Of a stretch of 64,000 bases of DNA, positions 31,828 to 41,245 are shown one piece after another. The stretch covers positions 154,255 to 218,254 of the forward strand of contig JAVZCK010000001.1 in NCBI GenBank assembly GCA_038874435.1, written 5' to 3'. The translations under genes and the position numbers were made by a program. A model generated the notes under the pieces. The model had not been told where the DNA came from. It ran no database searches and saw only the letters and a list, made by a program, of their open reading frames with translations. Every line of letters begins with the position of its first letter. Positions within the stretch are counted from its first letter, which is position 1. This DNA comes from Thermoplasmata archaeon (lineage in GTDB: Archaea; Thermoplasmatota; Thermoplasmata; Lutacidiplasmatales; SKW197).

Positions 31828-32265
31828 ATGATGGAGACACGCACACAGTTCATTGTACTGATAGTCCTACTGGTGGTTATCACTTGCGGGTTTGGGGGTT
31901 ACTTCCTTTACAAGGACTGGAGTACACCGAAAGAGGTGACCAAGCACTACAATGTGAGCAATGCAACACTCAATCCAAACTCTGATATAGTGCTTGAGTT
32001 TTATTCGAAAGCAGGTGGAAACATCACTGGAACCATAAATGCAAGTAAGGAAGTGGAGGCATTCATATTAGACACTTTTAACTATCTGGAATACAGAAAA
32101 AACAGGAATCTTTCAGCCATCGCTCTAGTGTTTCTCACAAATGGCACGAGGATAAACATAACATGGGATGTTCCCTCAGAAAATTTCTGGTATCTTCTCA
32201 TTTACAACAACAAAACTGAAAATGTGGTAGTTGAATATGATGTCTGGTGTAGATTTCTCAGTTAA
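31828..32265 (+). CDS. Small membrane-anchored exported hypothetical protein
   Basis: N-terminal TM, beta-rich body with several NxS/T sequons; overlaps the next gene. Confidence 0.7.
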   Translation: MMETRTQFIVLIVLLVVITCGFGGYFLYKDWSTPKEVTKHYNVSNATLNPNSDIVLEFYSKAGGNITGTINASKEVEAFILDTFNYLEYRKNRNLSAIALVFLTNGTRINITWDVPSENFWYLLIYNNKTENVVVEYDVWCRFLS

Positions 32266-33109
32266 GAAGGAAGAGATAAATTCCAATTCGGAGCGGATTC
32301 CAACCGCAGTTGCTGACTTTGATGCAATAATTGGAGGAGGAGTACCTAGGGGCAGCTTGGTCATTCTCAAGAGCGAAATGGGTGCTGGGCATATTGAGTT
32401 TGTTATAACCTCCATGGCAAAACTCATTCTTGCTAAAGAAGACAGGGAGTATTCTGATTTTTTTCTGAAAAAATCTAAAGGTTTCCTCCCTGAAAAATTT
32501 TTGTTTATAACAATTTCAAGGGCAAAGGAGGACATACTGAGAGAAGTCAAGGGCTCGTTTCCTCAGGATTATTATGAGGCAATTTCTAAATCTGTGATTT
32601 TCAAGGATTTTTCTGCTGAGTATTTCAGAGCCACGGTAGTGCCTCCCGCCTGGGCAGGCGAGGAAACAAGTATATTCAGGAAGGACAAGAGTTCAGGGAA
32701 CATCCTAGGCGAATTAATAGAATTTCTGGATGCTAATGCCTCGCAATCCCTGGTGGTTTTAGATGCGTTAACGGACCTAGTGATTACCAAGAAAATTGAG
32801 TTTTACGACCTTGTGACGCTGCTGAAAGGCCTCCAGAGAGTTGCAAAAAAGTGGCAGGGTGTGATTTACCTTTTGCTCACTGCCAACATTCTTGAGCCAC
32901 AGAAAGAGCTGCTTTTGATGGACAGTGTGGATGGTATAATTACATTTGAATGGAGCAAGAGCACCAAAACATCAAGGAGGCAGCGTTTCATGTATGTGGA
33001 AAAATTCATGCCATTGTTGCTTCATCTGGATAACGAGAGAATCACTAAATTTGCAATTGAGATTAATTCCCAGGAAGGACTGGTGGTATCAAGCTATGTG
33101 AGGGTGTGA
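32231..33109 (+). CDS. KaiC/RAD55-like RecA-fold protein with degenerate Walker A (start likely ATG 32237/32240)
   Basis: RIPTAVADFDAIIGGGVPRGS; P-loop SEMGAGHI lacks the Lys; LVVLDALTDL; DSVDGII. Confidence 0.82.
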   Translation: MNMMSGVDFSVKKEEINSNSERIPTAVADFDAIIGGGVPRGSLVILKSEMGAGHIEFVITSMAKLILAKEDREYSDFFLKKSKGFLPEKFLFITISRAKEDILREVKGSFPQDYYEAISKSVIFKDFSAEYFRATVVPPAWAGEETSIFRKDKSSGNILGELIEFLDANASQSLVVLDALTDLVITKKIEFYDLVTLLKGLQRVAKKWQGVIYLLLTANILEPQKELLLMDSVDGIITFEWSKSTKTSRRQRFMYVEKFMPLLLHLDNERITKFAIEINSQEGLVVSSYVRV

Positions 33110-33810
33110 ACATGGAAAGAGTTGAAACAGGTATAGCTGGACTTGATGAAATGTTGAATGGTGGAATTCCCAAAGGGCACATTGTGAGTGTACTAGGTGC
33201 GTTCGGAACAGGCAAAACCTGTTTTGCAACCCAGTTTATCAACCATGGTCTCCAGAAGGGTGAAAAAGCACTTTTCATCACGCTTGAGGAAGAAGAAGAA
33301 TCTATAATTGAAAATGCTCTCTCATTCGGTTTTGACCTTCGCCCTTACACACAAAATGGAAATCTCGCTATTTATAAGCTCTCTCCCTCAGATGCTAAAA
33401 ATTCAATTGAAAAGATAAAGACCGAACTACCGAAGGCTATAGAAAGTTCAAATGTCCAGAGATTGGTGATAGACTCAATCTCATTGCTTACTATGATGTT
33501 TGAAAACGAAGGTGAAAAACGAGAAACCTTGTTTGCTCTGTGCCAGAAGATAAAAACTGCAGGTGCCACAGCAATCTTCACAGCGGAAGCAAAGCCAGAA
33601 AATTCAAATGTTTCAAGAGATGGAATTGTGGAATATGTTTCAGATGGAGTGATTGTGCTTTATTATCTGGAAGACCCACAGCATGCCGGAGAGATAAAGA
33701 CCTTCCTAAAAGTGCTGAAAATGCGAAGAACTGCGCACTCAAGAAAGATTAAACCATACGAGCTGGGTAAGAATGGCATTACTGTGCTTGCAAAGGCAGA
33801 AGTGATATAA
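33106..33810 (+). CDS. Single-domain KaiC/RAD55 family ATPase
   Basis: TGIAGLDEMLNGGIP; Walker A GAFGTGKT; ITLEE; RLVIDSIS; VLKMRRTAHS. Confidence 0.92.
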   Translation: MNMERVETGIAGLDEMLNGGIPKGHIVSVLGAFGTGKTCFATQFINHGLQKGEKALFITLEEEEESIIENALSFGFDLRPYTQNGNLAIYKLSPSDAKNSIEKIKTELPKAIESSNVQRLVIDSISLLTMMFENEGEKRETLFALCQKIKTAGATAIFTAEAKPENSNVSRDGIVEYVSDGVIVLYYLEDPQHAGEIKTFLKVLKMRRTAHSRKIKPYELGKNGITVLAKAEVI

Positions 33811-33820
33811 GAATTAGGTA

Positions 33821-34543
33821 TTACTTTATCACAATCTCAAATTTATTATCCCTGCCTATGATGAGTGGGAAATACTTTCTCTCGTGTTTGGTTTCTCTCA
33901 TCTTTATTACGCTCACATAGAGGTTTACATTCATGTCGCTCCTTCTCAAGTCCAGATGAATTATGCCATCAGCGAGAAAATCCTCAATTCCATAAAGTCC
34001 AAATTTCATTCTATCTGGTTCCATTTCTGAAATCAGGAATGCGGTCATGTTCAGGTCTCTCATCAATTCAAAGAAGTGGAAGAGGTCATCTCTTGGATTC
34101 TTCATGTTTGCAATGGCATAGAGTGCATTCAAGGAATCTAGAGCCACGACATTAAACCCCATCAAATCATGGAAATTCTTTATCTGGGCTTCAAGTGACT
34201 TTATCCAATCCATTTCGCCAAGCCCTGCATCTGCAATTTCTTTTCTGAGATACCCAAGATCGATAATTGTAAGGTTTTCCTCGACTTCCTTTATATTTCT
34301 GCCAATCTTCTGCATTCTTCGTTCAATCAGTGGTCTTTTCTCTTCAAGTGTTATATAAAGGCATTTGCCCTTGTTCTCTCTTGCCATGTGCCAGAGGATA
34401 TTAAATACAAAGGAAGATTTCATGCTCCCTGCACAGCCACAGATGAGCACTACATGTCCTTTCGGAATTCCCCCTTCTAGGCGTTCATCCAATCCCTGAA
34501 CATAAGTTCTGATTCTTTCCATTCCATCCATAGTTATCACCAT
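33821..34543 (-). CDS. KaiC/RAD55 family ATPase (start may be ATG 34531)
   Basis: GLDERLEGGIPKGH; GCAGSMKS P-loop variant; ITLEE; ALDSL; FLADGII; IKMRETKH. Confidence 0.9.
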   Translation of the reverse strand: MVITMDGMERIRTYVQGLDERLEGGIPKGHVVLICGCAGSMKSSFVFNILWHMARENKGKCLYITLEEKRPLIERRMQKIGRNIKEVEENLTIIDLGYLRKEIADAGLGEMDWIKSLEAQIKNFHDLMGFNVVALDSLNALYAIANMKNPRDDLFHFFELMRDLNMTAFLISEMEPDRMKFGLYGIEDFLADGIIHLDLRRSDMNVNLYVSVIKMRETKHERKYFPLIIGRDNKFEIVIK

Positions 34544-34801
34544 TTATCTTGTTTTTTTCCCTGCTTCAATTATCTGCAACATACCTTTGTACATCTGTTC
34601 CGCAAGTAATTGTCCAGCCATTTGCTCACAGAGCACCTTGAGAGCACCAGCAATTTTCAGATAGTCATCAATGGACATCTGATTAGAGGGTACCGTTATT
34701 CCGAGTTTCTTTTTCTGGAGTTCGATTGTAGGCCCCACCATTGTGCCGAACATCTTTACAAGGTAGGCCTCCAGTTCATGTTGTATTGCACCGTTGCTCA
34801 T
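34544..34801 (-). CDS. Small alpha-helical hypothetical protein coupled to the KaiC-like gene
   Basis: ~85 aa, amphipathic helical pattern; its stop abuts the downstream ORF. Confidence 0.7.
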   Translation of the reverse strand: MSNGAIQHELEAYLVKMFGTMVGPTIELQKKKLGITVPSNQMSIDDYLKIAGALKVLCEQMAGQLLAEQMYKGMLQIIEAGKKTR

Positions 34802-34912
34802 GTGCACAGTTAAGCAAACATTAGATATAAAACTTATGTTTGTTGGCAGGTAGGAGAATACGGAAGGATTAAATCGATGAGATAGGATGCCGTAGGTCCG
34901 TTACCGCGAACC

Positions 34913-34920
34913 TTTAAATA
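34913..34920 (+). promoter_or_regulatory. Putative archaeal TATA box for rps15
   Basis: TTTAAATA about 35 nt upstream of the ATG, with a GGAGG RBS just before the start. Confidence 0.45.
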
Positions 34921-34954
34921 TATCTCCCAATATAGAGTTTAATACGCGGAGGAA

Positions 34955-35395
34955 ATGACAATGTCCAGAATACATTCAAGCAAAAAAGGCAAGCATTCAT
35001 CTAAACGTCCGTTGGTGAAAGAGAATCCGGAATGGGTCCCTCTAAGTAAGGAAGAGGTTGAACAGAAGGTAGTAGAACTGGCAAAAAATGGTGTAAGTAT
35101 GCCTTTGATAGGAATGGTATTAAGGGATCAGTATGGCGTCCCAAGTGTAAAACTTGCTACTGGCAAAACCGTTTCTCAGATTTTGAGAGAACATAATGTG
35201 TTCCCGAATATTCCTCCAGATCTTTCCTCTCTTATAGAAAAGGCAAACAATTTGAAGGTGCATCTTAAGAAGCACCCGAAGGACTACTCGAACAAGCGAG
35301 GTTTGACGCTGGTAGAGTCAAAGATAAGGCGTCTAGTGAAGTACTACATTAGGCAGGGAGTAATGCCTTCCAGTTGGTCATACTCCTCCGAATAA
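34955..35395 (+). CDS. rps15: 30S ribosomal protein S15 (uS15)
   Basis: RIHSSKKGKHSSKRP, IGMVLRDQYGVP and ESKIRRLVKYY motifs. Confidence 0.96.
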   Translation: MTMSRIHSSKKGKHSSKRPLVKENPEWVPLSKEEVEQKVVELAKNGVSMPLIGMVLRDQYGVPSVKLATGKTVSQILREHNVFPNIPPDLSSLIEKANNLKVHLKKHPKDYSNKRGLTLVESKIRRLVKYYIRQGVMPSSWSYSSE

Positions 35396-35396
35396 T

Positions 35397-36830
35397 ATGA
35401 AATCTTTTATTCCCTCCAACCTTTATGAGGCCTACAAATTAGCTACAAATCTATTAAGTAACTATCATGGTATTGTGAGAGTATATTCTCACTATGATGC
35501 AGACGGGATTGCATCTGCAGGAATCCTTGCAAAAACTCTCTACAGATTTGGAAAAAATTTTCAGGTCACCTGCAGAAAAAATCTAGACACGGAGTTTTTT
35601 GCGACCCTCCAGAAGGAAAAGAATAAACTTTTGATTGTTGCCGACATGGGTACAAATCAGGCGTTTCAGATAAAAGAACATGTGAATTATCTAATAATTT
35701 TAGACCATCATGAACCGTCTAAAGAAATTAAGGAATGGCATAGGTCACAGTCTGCAGAACCCGAGCGAGAGAAGGGAAAATTGTTAATTGATGAGAAGAG
35801 AAGTTTAGAAGCGAGGAATATTGTGCTATTGAATTCTCATTTGTATGGAATAGATGGAACGAAGGAAGCGTGCGCCTCTACAATGTGCTTCCTCTTCTCT
35901 ATATTTTGTAATCCTGGGAACTGGGACCTTCTACCTTTTGCAGTCGCGGGTTGTGAAGGTGACCGACAGAATAGCGGGGGTAAATTTTATGGCTTAAATC
36001 AGGTGATTGTTGAGAATGGAATTGCAAATGGAATAATTGATAAAAGGAAAACATTCTCATTTGATGGTGAGACAGTTTATGAAGCCCTTTCCACGACCAA
36101 TGACCCATTCTTCAAAATGTTTGTAGAGGACCCAAAGAAGATAGATACGGTGTTGGGATTGCTAGCCATACCCCCAAGCACAAAAATTAAGGAACTAACA
36201 CCAGAGCAAATCAAGAAGCTCAATTCCTATCTCACACTTTATTTTCTGAAGGAGAATGTGGATTTGACTGCTGTACTTACTTTGTGTCAGGACGATTATT
36301 TCATGAAAAATAATGTAAGAGCTAAAACACTTGCAAACTATCTAAATGCTTGTGGACGAACTGGAAAACAGGAGCTTGCTATCGGCCTGTTTTTCGAATT
36401 TGATAGGTATGCTGAATCCTGTGCTGCTGTCCGAAATGCGTACAGAGAGAAAGTACGAAAATATCTGTTGACGCTGTTAAAGGAAGGAACACAGAAAGGT
36501 GAGGCAATCCAGTACACATGGGTTGAGGAAGGAGAGTTTGCAGGTGCAATTGGTGGTCTTGCACTCACATTTTTCTTGGAGAAAACAAAGCCAGTTTTTG
36601 TATTATCTAGAAAGGGCAAAGTAGTTTCAATCTCTGCTAGAGCTCTAGACTCTATGGTAAAAGCGGGTCTTAATCTTGCCGAGTGCTGCAGAGTTGCTGC
36701 TGAAAAATGTGGGGGCAGAGGCGGAGGACACAATATTGCTGCAGGTGCAGAAGTGCCAGAGGGAAAGGAAGAAGAGTTTCTTAAACTGGCCGATGAAATC
36801 GTGAAGGAACAGTTGGGTAGTGTCTCCTAA
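35397..36830 (+). CDS. RecJ-like DHH family phosphoesterase
   Basis: HYDADG, DMG, ILDHH and GGGHNIAAGA motifs; usual archaeal position after rps15. Confidence 0.9.
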   Translation: MKSFIPSNLYEAYKLATNLLSNYHGIVRVYSHYDADGIASAGILAKTLYRFGKNFQVTCRKNLDTEFFATLQKEKNKLLIVADMGTNQAFQIKEHVNYLIILDHHEPSKEIKEWHRSQSAEPEREKGKLLIDEKRSLEARNIVLLNSHLYGIDGTKEACASTMCFLFSIFCNPGNWDLLPFAVAGCEGDRQNSGGKFYGLNQVIVENGIANGIIDKRKTFSFDGETVYEALSTTNDPFFKMFVEDPKKIDTVLGLLAIPPSTKIKELTPEQIKKLNSYLTLYFLKENVDLTAVLTLCQDDYFMKNNVRAKTLANYLNACGRTGKQELAIGLFFEFDRYAESCAAVRNAYREKVRKYLLTLLKEGTQKGEAIQYTWVEEGEFAGAIGGLALTFFLEKTKPVFVLSRKGKVVSISARALDSMVKAGLNLAECCRVAAEKCGGRGGGHNIAAGAEVPEGKEEEFLKLADEIVKEQLGSVS

Positions 36831-39288
36831 AAGTTTTTTCCCTTCTAGTGCGTAGAACGAACATAAAAAGAGTGAGCAAACTAAAAGCTGGGTATGGACA
36901 TTCTGAGATAGGTGTAAGCGAGATTTCTACATGCGTCTCTGCAAAATCGGAGATAGAGACGCTCTGGTTGTACCACTCATGGTTCTGGGCTGTTGCATTT
37001 ATTGAGTGTATCCCTGGCTTAAGTGAAATGTTAAACTTCCCATCGGAAACAGGAATTTCATTTCCATCAACATAAACCGTTGCACTTTCAGGAGAGATTG
37101 TGCCATTTAGCCAGCCACCATGCACCACGATTGAGAAATTGAAAACGAATGTCTGGTTGTCATTGTCGCTGGTGGTGAGGCTGCAGGTGTATATGCCAGG
37201 CTGTGTGAAATTAAGTCTCACATTTCCATAAAAGGTCTCGCTTGAGATGTTCCAGGTGTAATTCACTATGCATCCGTCATCAATGTCCTCAGCTAGCGAA
37301 GTATTCAGTACAAACTCCTCGCTCACATTTATTTCTATAGGTGAGGAAAAATGATAGAGATGGGGAAATTGTGATTTTATTCCTCCGATAAGCCAGCAGT
37401 TATTTCTGAATGCAGCGAAACCACCGCATAGTGCATGGTGCGCCTTCACATAACCTACATTATTTTCTATTCTGTCGGTAATTTCCACTGGTGCATTAAC
37501 GCCGTCCCAGACATACACCTGGGTTTCCACATAATTCTCAAGGCCAGTAACATTTCTCGTATGATTCCAGCCGACAATTAGAAAATATTGTCCGTTCCAC
37601 ACCACATCTGAAATATCCGTAGAATTTGCAAATAAACTCCCAAGCCGCTCAAAATTCTCGCCATCAAATTTAATTACCTGGCTTTCTGGTGGTGATGGAA
37701 TTCCATAGTTATCCCACGAGCTCTCTGCAGTTCCAAAAACCCAAAACTCTCCGTTCCAGGCAATTCTGTAGGTTCCAATGTCCCATACTGGTAAGTTTAG
37801 TTGGAGCGTCAAATCAGTCCAGTTCTCTCCACCATCCCAGACCACAATGTTCGCTGGCTTGTAAGAAGTTGCATTGTTGCTTGCATTTCCCACCATGATT
37901 AGCCAGTGTGTTCCATTCCATCCAATGCTCAAATGCTGCTCTCTCGTCCAGCCATTAGGCATACTCCATCCTAATTCCTCAAGCTTGGGTGTGAGATTTG
38001 TGAAACTTATGCCATCAAAAATGGCAAGGGAGTGTTCGGTATCTCCGATTAGCCAGTGTGTTCCATTCCACACCGCAGAGCAAATCGCACCCCATTTGAA
38101 CCGCCCAAAGGGTGAATTTGTCAGATTTATATTCGTAAAGTTCACTCCGTCGTAGGAAACAAGATATGGATACCCCTGTCCATCTCTGCAGGTGCCTCCA
38201 ATAAGCCAGTGTGTTCCATTCCACCCAACACCATAGACTTCGCCTGGAGTATATGGTGCTGTGGTATTCCTTACATCCTGGGTTATGTTAGTAACATTCG
38301 TCCCATTATACAGGTGAGGGTATGTGATAAGCACCCCGTTCTGGTCGGTCAGAGAGTAGAGCCATGTGGAATTGTTTGCGTAAACTGGATAGAGGAAGGT
38401 CTTATTTTCGTTTTCTCCAAGATGGAGGCCCAGCGTATCGCTCACATCTATAAAATAAGCGTTTTCCAGAAAGTAGGTTAAGTTACCTGGCTCCTCATTA
38501 ATTTGCATTCCCAAGTTTTTTAATCTGAGATTTACATTTTTCAGCGGGGCATCGTACTTTCCATCCCATCCAATCATGCAGAAAAGGACAGAATAATTCT
38601 CAACGGCTCTGAGCTTGGATTTTAAAACACCCACTTCCATTGCACTGGCACCAATCCCACAGTCAACCATGGTTGCAATTTTCCATAACCACTGGCTGTT
38701 ATCATTTCCCTGATATTCAAGAAGGTAACTTGAGGAAACTCTGTGATTTTTTCCTGTAATCTGAACCGCATAATCAGAACCGAAATTCTCAGAGAGAAAA
38801 TACCCTGTGCTGGCATTTGCATCCGTATCAATGAAGATGTAAGCTACATCCTCTCCCCTGCCCCTGGGTATTTTTGTTATCACTTCATCTGGAATTGTAG
38901 TTTCACAGCCTGAAAATGCGATTTCTTTTCCATCTCCAGCCATTATACAGTCGTAAGTTTTGAGGTAGAAAAAGAGAAAGTTCCCTTCTTCAGAGTAAGC
39001 GTACTCTTGCAGGTCTACATTTGGAGAAATAAAGGGATTGTACTCATCAGTTATTCTCGGAATGCCTTCCCAATCCTCAAATTTACCGTCAATTTTTATT
39101 ATCTTTGTGTCTGCAAGATTTTGAGGTTGCACCTGCCAGACTGCAAGGAAGAAAAAAAATACGAATAGCGTTGCCCACAACACGGTCAGAGGCTTGTCCT
39201 TCTGTACATGCTTTTTCCCACCAAACAACTCTCTTCCATTCGTTAATCCGTTGTAGCTTCTTAAGCTTTTTCTCATACTCCTACCCAC
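36781..39288 (-). CDS. Surface protein: TNG motif + TM + IDG..DW domain + WNG-repeat propeller + PKD-like + PEGA-like + C-terminal anchor
   Basis: YNGLTNG; TM; IKIDGKFEDW; WNGTHWL x3; FTQPGIYTCSLT; PESATVYVDG; PISE-TM-RTRR. Confidence 0.75.
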   Translation of the reverse strand: MGRSMRKSLRSYNGLTNGRELFGGKKHVQKDKPLTVLWATLFVFFFFLAVWQVQPQNLADTKIIKIDGKFEDWEGIPRITDEYNPFISPNVDLQEYAYSEEGNFLFFYLKTYDCIMAGDGKEIAFSGCETTIPDEVITKIPRGRGEDVAYIFIDTDANASTGYFLSENFGSDYAVQITGKNHRVSSSYLLEYQGNDNSQWLWKIATMVDCGIGASAMEVGVLKSKLRAVENYSVLFCMIGWDGKYDAPLKNVNLRLKNLGMQINEEPGNLTYFLENAYFIDVSDTLGLHLGENENKTFLYPVYANNSTWLYSLTDQNGVLITYPHLYNGTNVTNITQDVRNTTAPYTPGEVYGVGWNGTHWLIGGTCRDGQGYPYLVSYDGVNFTNINLTNSPFGRFKWGAICSAVWNGTHWLIGDTEHSLAIFDGISFTNLTPKLEELGWSMPNGWTREQHLSIGWNGTHWLIMVGNASNNATSYKPANIVVWDGGENWTDLTLQLNLPVWDIGTYRIAWNGEFWVFGTAESSWDNYGIPSPPESQVIKFDGENFERLGSLFANSTDISDVVWNGQYFLIVGWNHTRNVTGLENYVETQVYVWDGVNAPVEITDRIENNVGYVKAHHALCGGFAAFRNNCWLIGGIKSQFPHLYHFSSPIEINVSEEFVLNTSLAEDIDDGCIVNYTWNISSETFYGNVRLNFTQPGIYTCSLTTSDNDNQTFVFNFSIVVHGGWLNGTISPESATVYVDGNEIPVSDGKFNISLKPGIHSINATAQNHEWYNQSVSISDFAETHVEISLTPISECPYPAFSLLTLFMFVLRTRREKTFRRHYPTVPSRFHRPV

Positions 39289-40073
39289 ACATTTTCCAGA
39301 ATTTTTCGCACAGCGTTAACTGCAGAAAGCGCAGCAAGATAGCTCGTCTTTGGATTGTGCGGAAATGGCTTGTTTCTCGTCTCGAGCAACATCTCTCCAA
39401 AATCTCCTTTCACAATGATGCGATGGGTATTCATATTGATAGATGGGTCAACCACAATCCTTACCTTTGTTTTATCGAAGCCCATACCAGCTAATGAAAG
39501 CGTCGCAGCAACATTCACATTCTTCGGAAATTTTTTCACAGCTTCTCTTGCCATGCCCTCGTAAATCACAACCTCTCTTGTTATCTCCTCTTTCTTCAGT
39601 CCGTGCTCTGCTAAGATTGCCTCTTCAAAAGCAGAAGGAGGTTTTCTGGTTTCCAGCGTGATTTCATAGATGCCCGCACCCTTAACAGCAGAAACTGCAT
39701 CAATACCTGCAATAGCACCAGATGGGATGTAAACCCTCGCACTTTTCTCAGCTGCAAGCGCAAAAATTTTCTCACGCAATGCATCGTCAGCAAGTGCGCC
39801 AACACTTAAGATAAGTACATCTACACCATGCTCCAATACGACTGGTACATAGACCGCTACTGCTTGTTGAGAAGCACATTCTATGGCAAGATCCACATCG
39901 GAAAGCACTTTTGGGAAATCGCACCTAACCGCCTTTGGAAACTTTGCAGACAAGGCCTCAATGTATTCTGGTTTATTATCTACAAGGAAGATTTTTTCAA
40001 TTTTTTTTTCCTGTTGGAGAGCACGAGTGATTGCAGTTCCAATTGCACCGCATCCGATTATCAGCACCTTCAT
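39273..40073 (-). CDS. nadX: L-aspartate dehydrogenase
   Basis: GCGAIG, IECASQQAV, SVGAL, PSGAIAGID, FPKNVNVAA and NPKTSYLAA motifs. Confidence 0.93.
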   Translation of the reverse strand: MKVLIIGCGAIGTAITRALQQEKKIEKIFLVDNKPEYIEALSAKFPKAVRCDFPKVLSDVDLAIECASQQAVAVYVPVVLEHGVDVLILSVGALADDALREKIFALAAEKSARVYIPSGAIAGIDAVSAVKGAGIYEITLETRKPPSAFEEAILAEHGLKKEEITREVVIYEGMAREAVKKFPKNVNVAATLSLAGMGFDKTKVRIVVDPSINMNTHRIIVKGDFGEMLLETRNKPFPHNPKTSYLAALSAVNAVRKILENVWVGV

Positions 40074-41245
40074 TTCTTCATCGCCTTCTTCAACTCCTCA
40101 ATCAGCAACGGAACAACCTTCTGGTAATCCCCAACAATTCCATAGTCCGCTACATTGAAGATTGGAGCTTCAGGGTCCTTGTTGATTGCAATAATTACTT
40201 TTGAGTCCTTCATTCCAACCAAGTGCTGGATTGTGCCGCTGATTCCGCAGGCAATGTAGAGTTTTGGTGCCACTGTAATACCACTCTGCCCCACCTGTGC
40301 TGACTTTGGCATCCATCCCAGGTCAACAGCTACTCTTGAAGCACCTACCGCACCGCCAAGCAACTCAGCCAGTTCTTCAAGTAACTTGAAACCCTCTTTC
40401 GAGCCAATTCCTCTGCCTCCAGAGACGATGATATCTGCCTCATCTATCTTCTTCATTCCCGGCGTTGCAGTTTTCACAATTTCTTTAATCACAGTCCTGA
40501 TTGTATGTTCCTTAATATCAACTGGAACTACAACCACCTCTGCCTTCCGCGGGTTCTCGGCCTTTTTGAACACATTCGGTCTCACAGTTGCCATCTGTGG
40601 CCTAGTGTTCGGGCAAAGAATGTCTGCCATCACATTGCCACCGAAGGCCGGGCGTGTCTGCAAAAGCAAGCCATCTTTTATGCTCAATCCTGTGCAGTCA
40701 GCGGTTAAGCCAAGCCCAAGTGCTGCTGCAACTCTCGGAGCCAAATCTCTACCGACTTTTGTTGCAGGGAAAAGCATGATGTTGGGTTTGTACTTTGAAA
40801 TCAGTCCAACAATTACAGGAGAATATGCATCTGTGGTATAGGGTTCTAGCATCTTGTGCTCTGCTACATAAACTACATCTGCACCATGTTTCTCAAGTAA
40901 TTCTACATTTGATTTTATATTGGCACCAAGCAGAACTGCACATACTCGCTGGTTCAAAGCATCAGCAAGTTCTCTCGCCTTTGTTGTAAGTTCCAGAGCA
41001 ACACTCTTTAATTTCTCGCCTTCACACTCAGCAAACACCCAGACATCACGGAAACTAGATAGGTCAGCACTTACGGCTTTCCTTTCAATTGTAATGGCCT
41101 TTACAGGACACACTTGCACACAAGCGCCGCAGAGCACACAAGCATCACCAATAACTGCCTTTTTTTCTACAATTGTTATTGCGCCAAACGGGCAGGTTTT
41201 AGCACAGATACCACAACCAATGCATTTTTCGCTGACTGTAATCAT
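40070..41245 (-). CDS. etfA: Electron transfer flavoprotein alpha subunit with N-terminal 2x[4Fe-4S] ferredoxin domain
   Basis: CIGCGICAKTCP and CVLCGACVQVCP; RPAFGGN; SGGRG; QVGQSG; GISGTIQH. Confidence 0.93.
   Translation of the reverse strand: MITVSEKCIGCGICAKTCPFGAITIVEKKAVIGDACVLCGACVQVCPVKAITIERKAVSADLSSFRDVWVFAECEGEKLKSVALELTTKARELADALNQRVCAVLLGANIKSNVELLEKHGADVVYVAEHKMLEPYTTDAYSPVIVGLISKYKPNIMLFPATKVGRDLAPRVAAALGLGLTADCTGLSIKDGLLLQTRPAFGGNVMADILCPNTRPQMATVRPNVFKKAENPRKAEVVVVPVDIKEHTIRTVIKEIVKTATPGMKKIDEADIIVSGGRGIGSKEGFKLLEELAELLGGAVGASRVAVDLGWMPKSAQVGQSGITVAPKLYIACGISGTIQHLVGMKDSKVIIAINKDPEAPIFNVADYGIVGDYQKVVPLLIEELKKAMKK

Noticed and set aside
32231..34543. Circadian clock locus
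   Set aside because: These are single-domain KaiC-like proteins with no KaiA or KaiB in view.
37897..38223. Three 20-24 bp direct repeats resembling a mini CRISPR array
   Set aside because: Periods of 150 and 153 bp are in frame within a CDS and too long for spacers; no cas genes seen.
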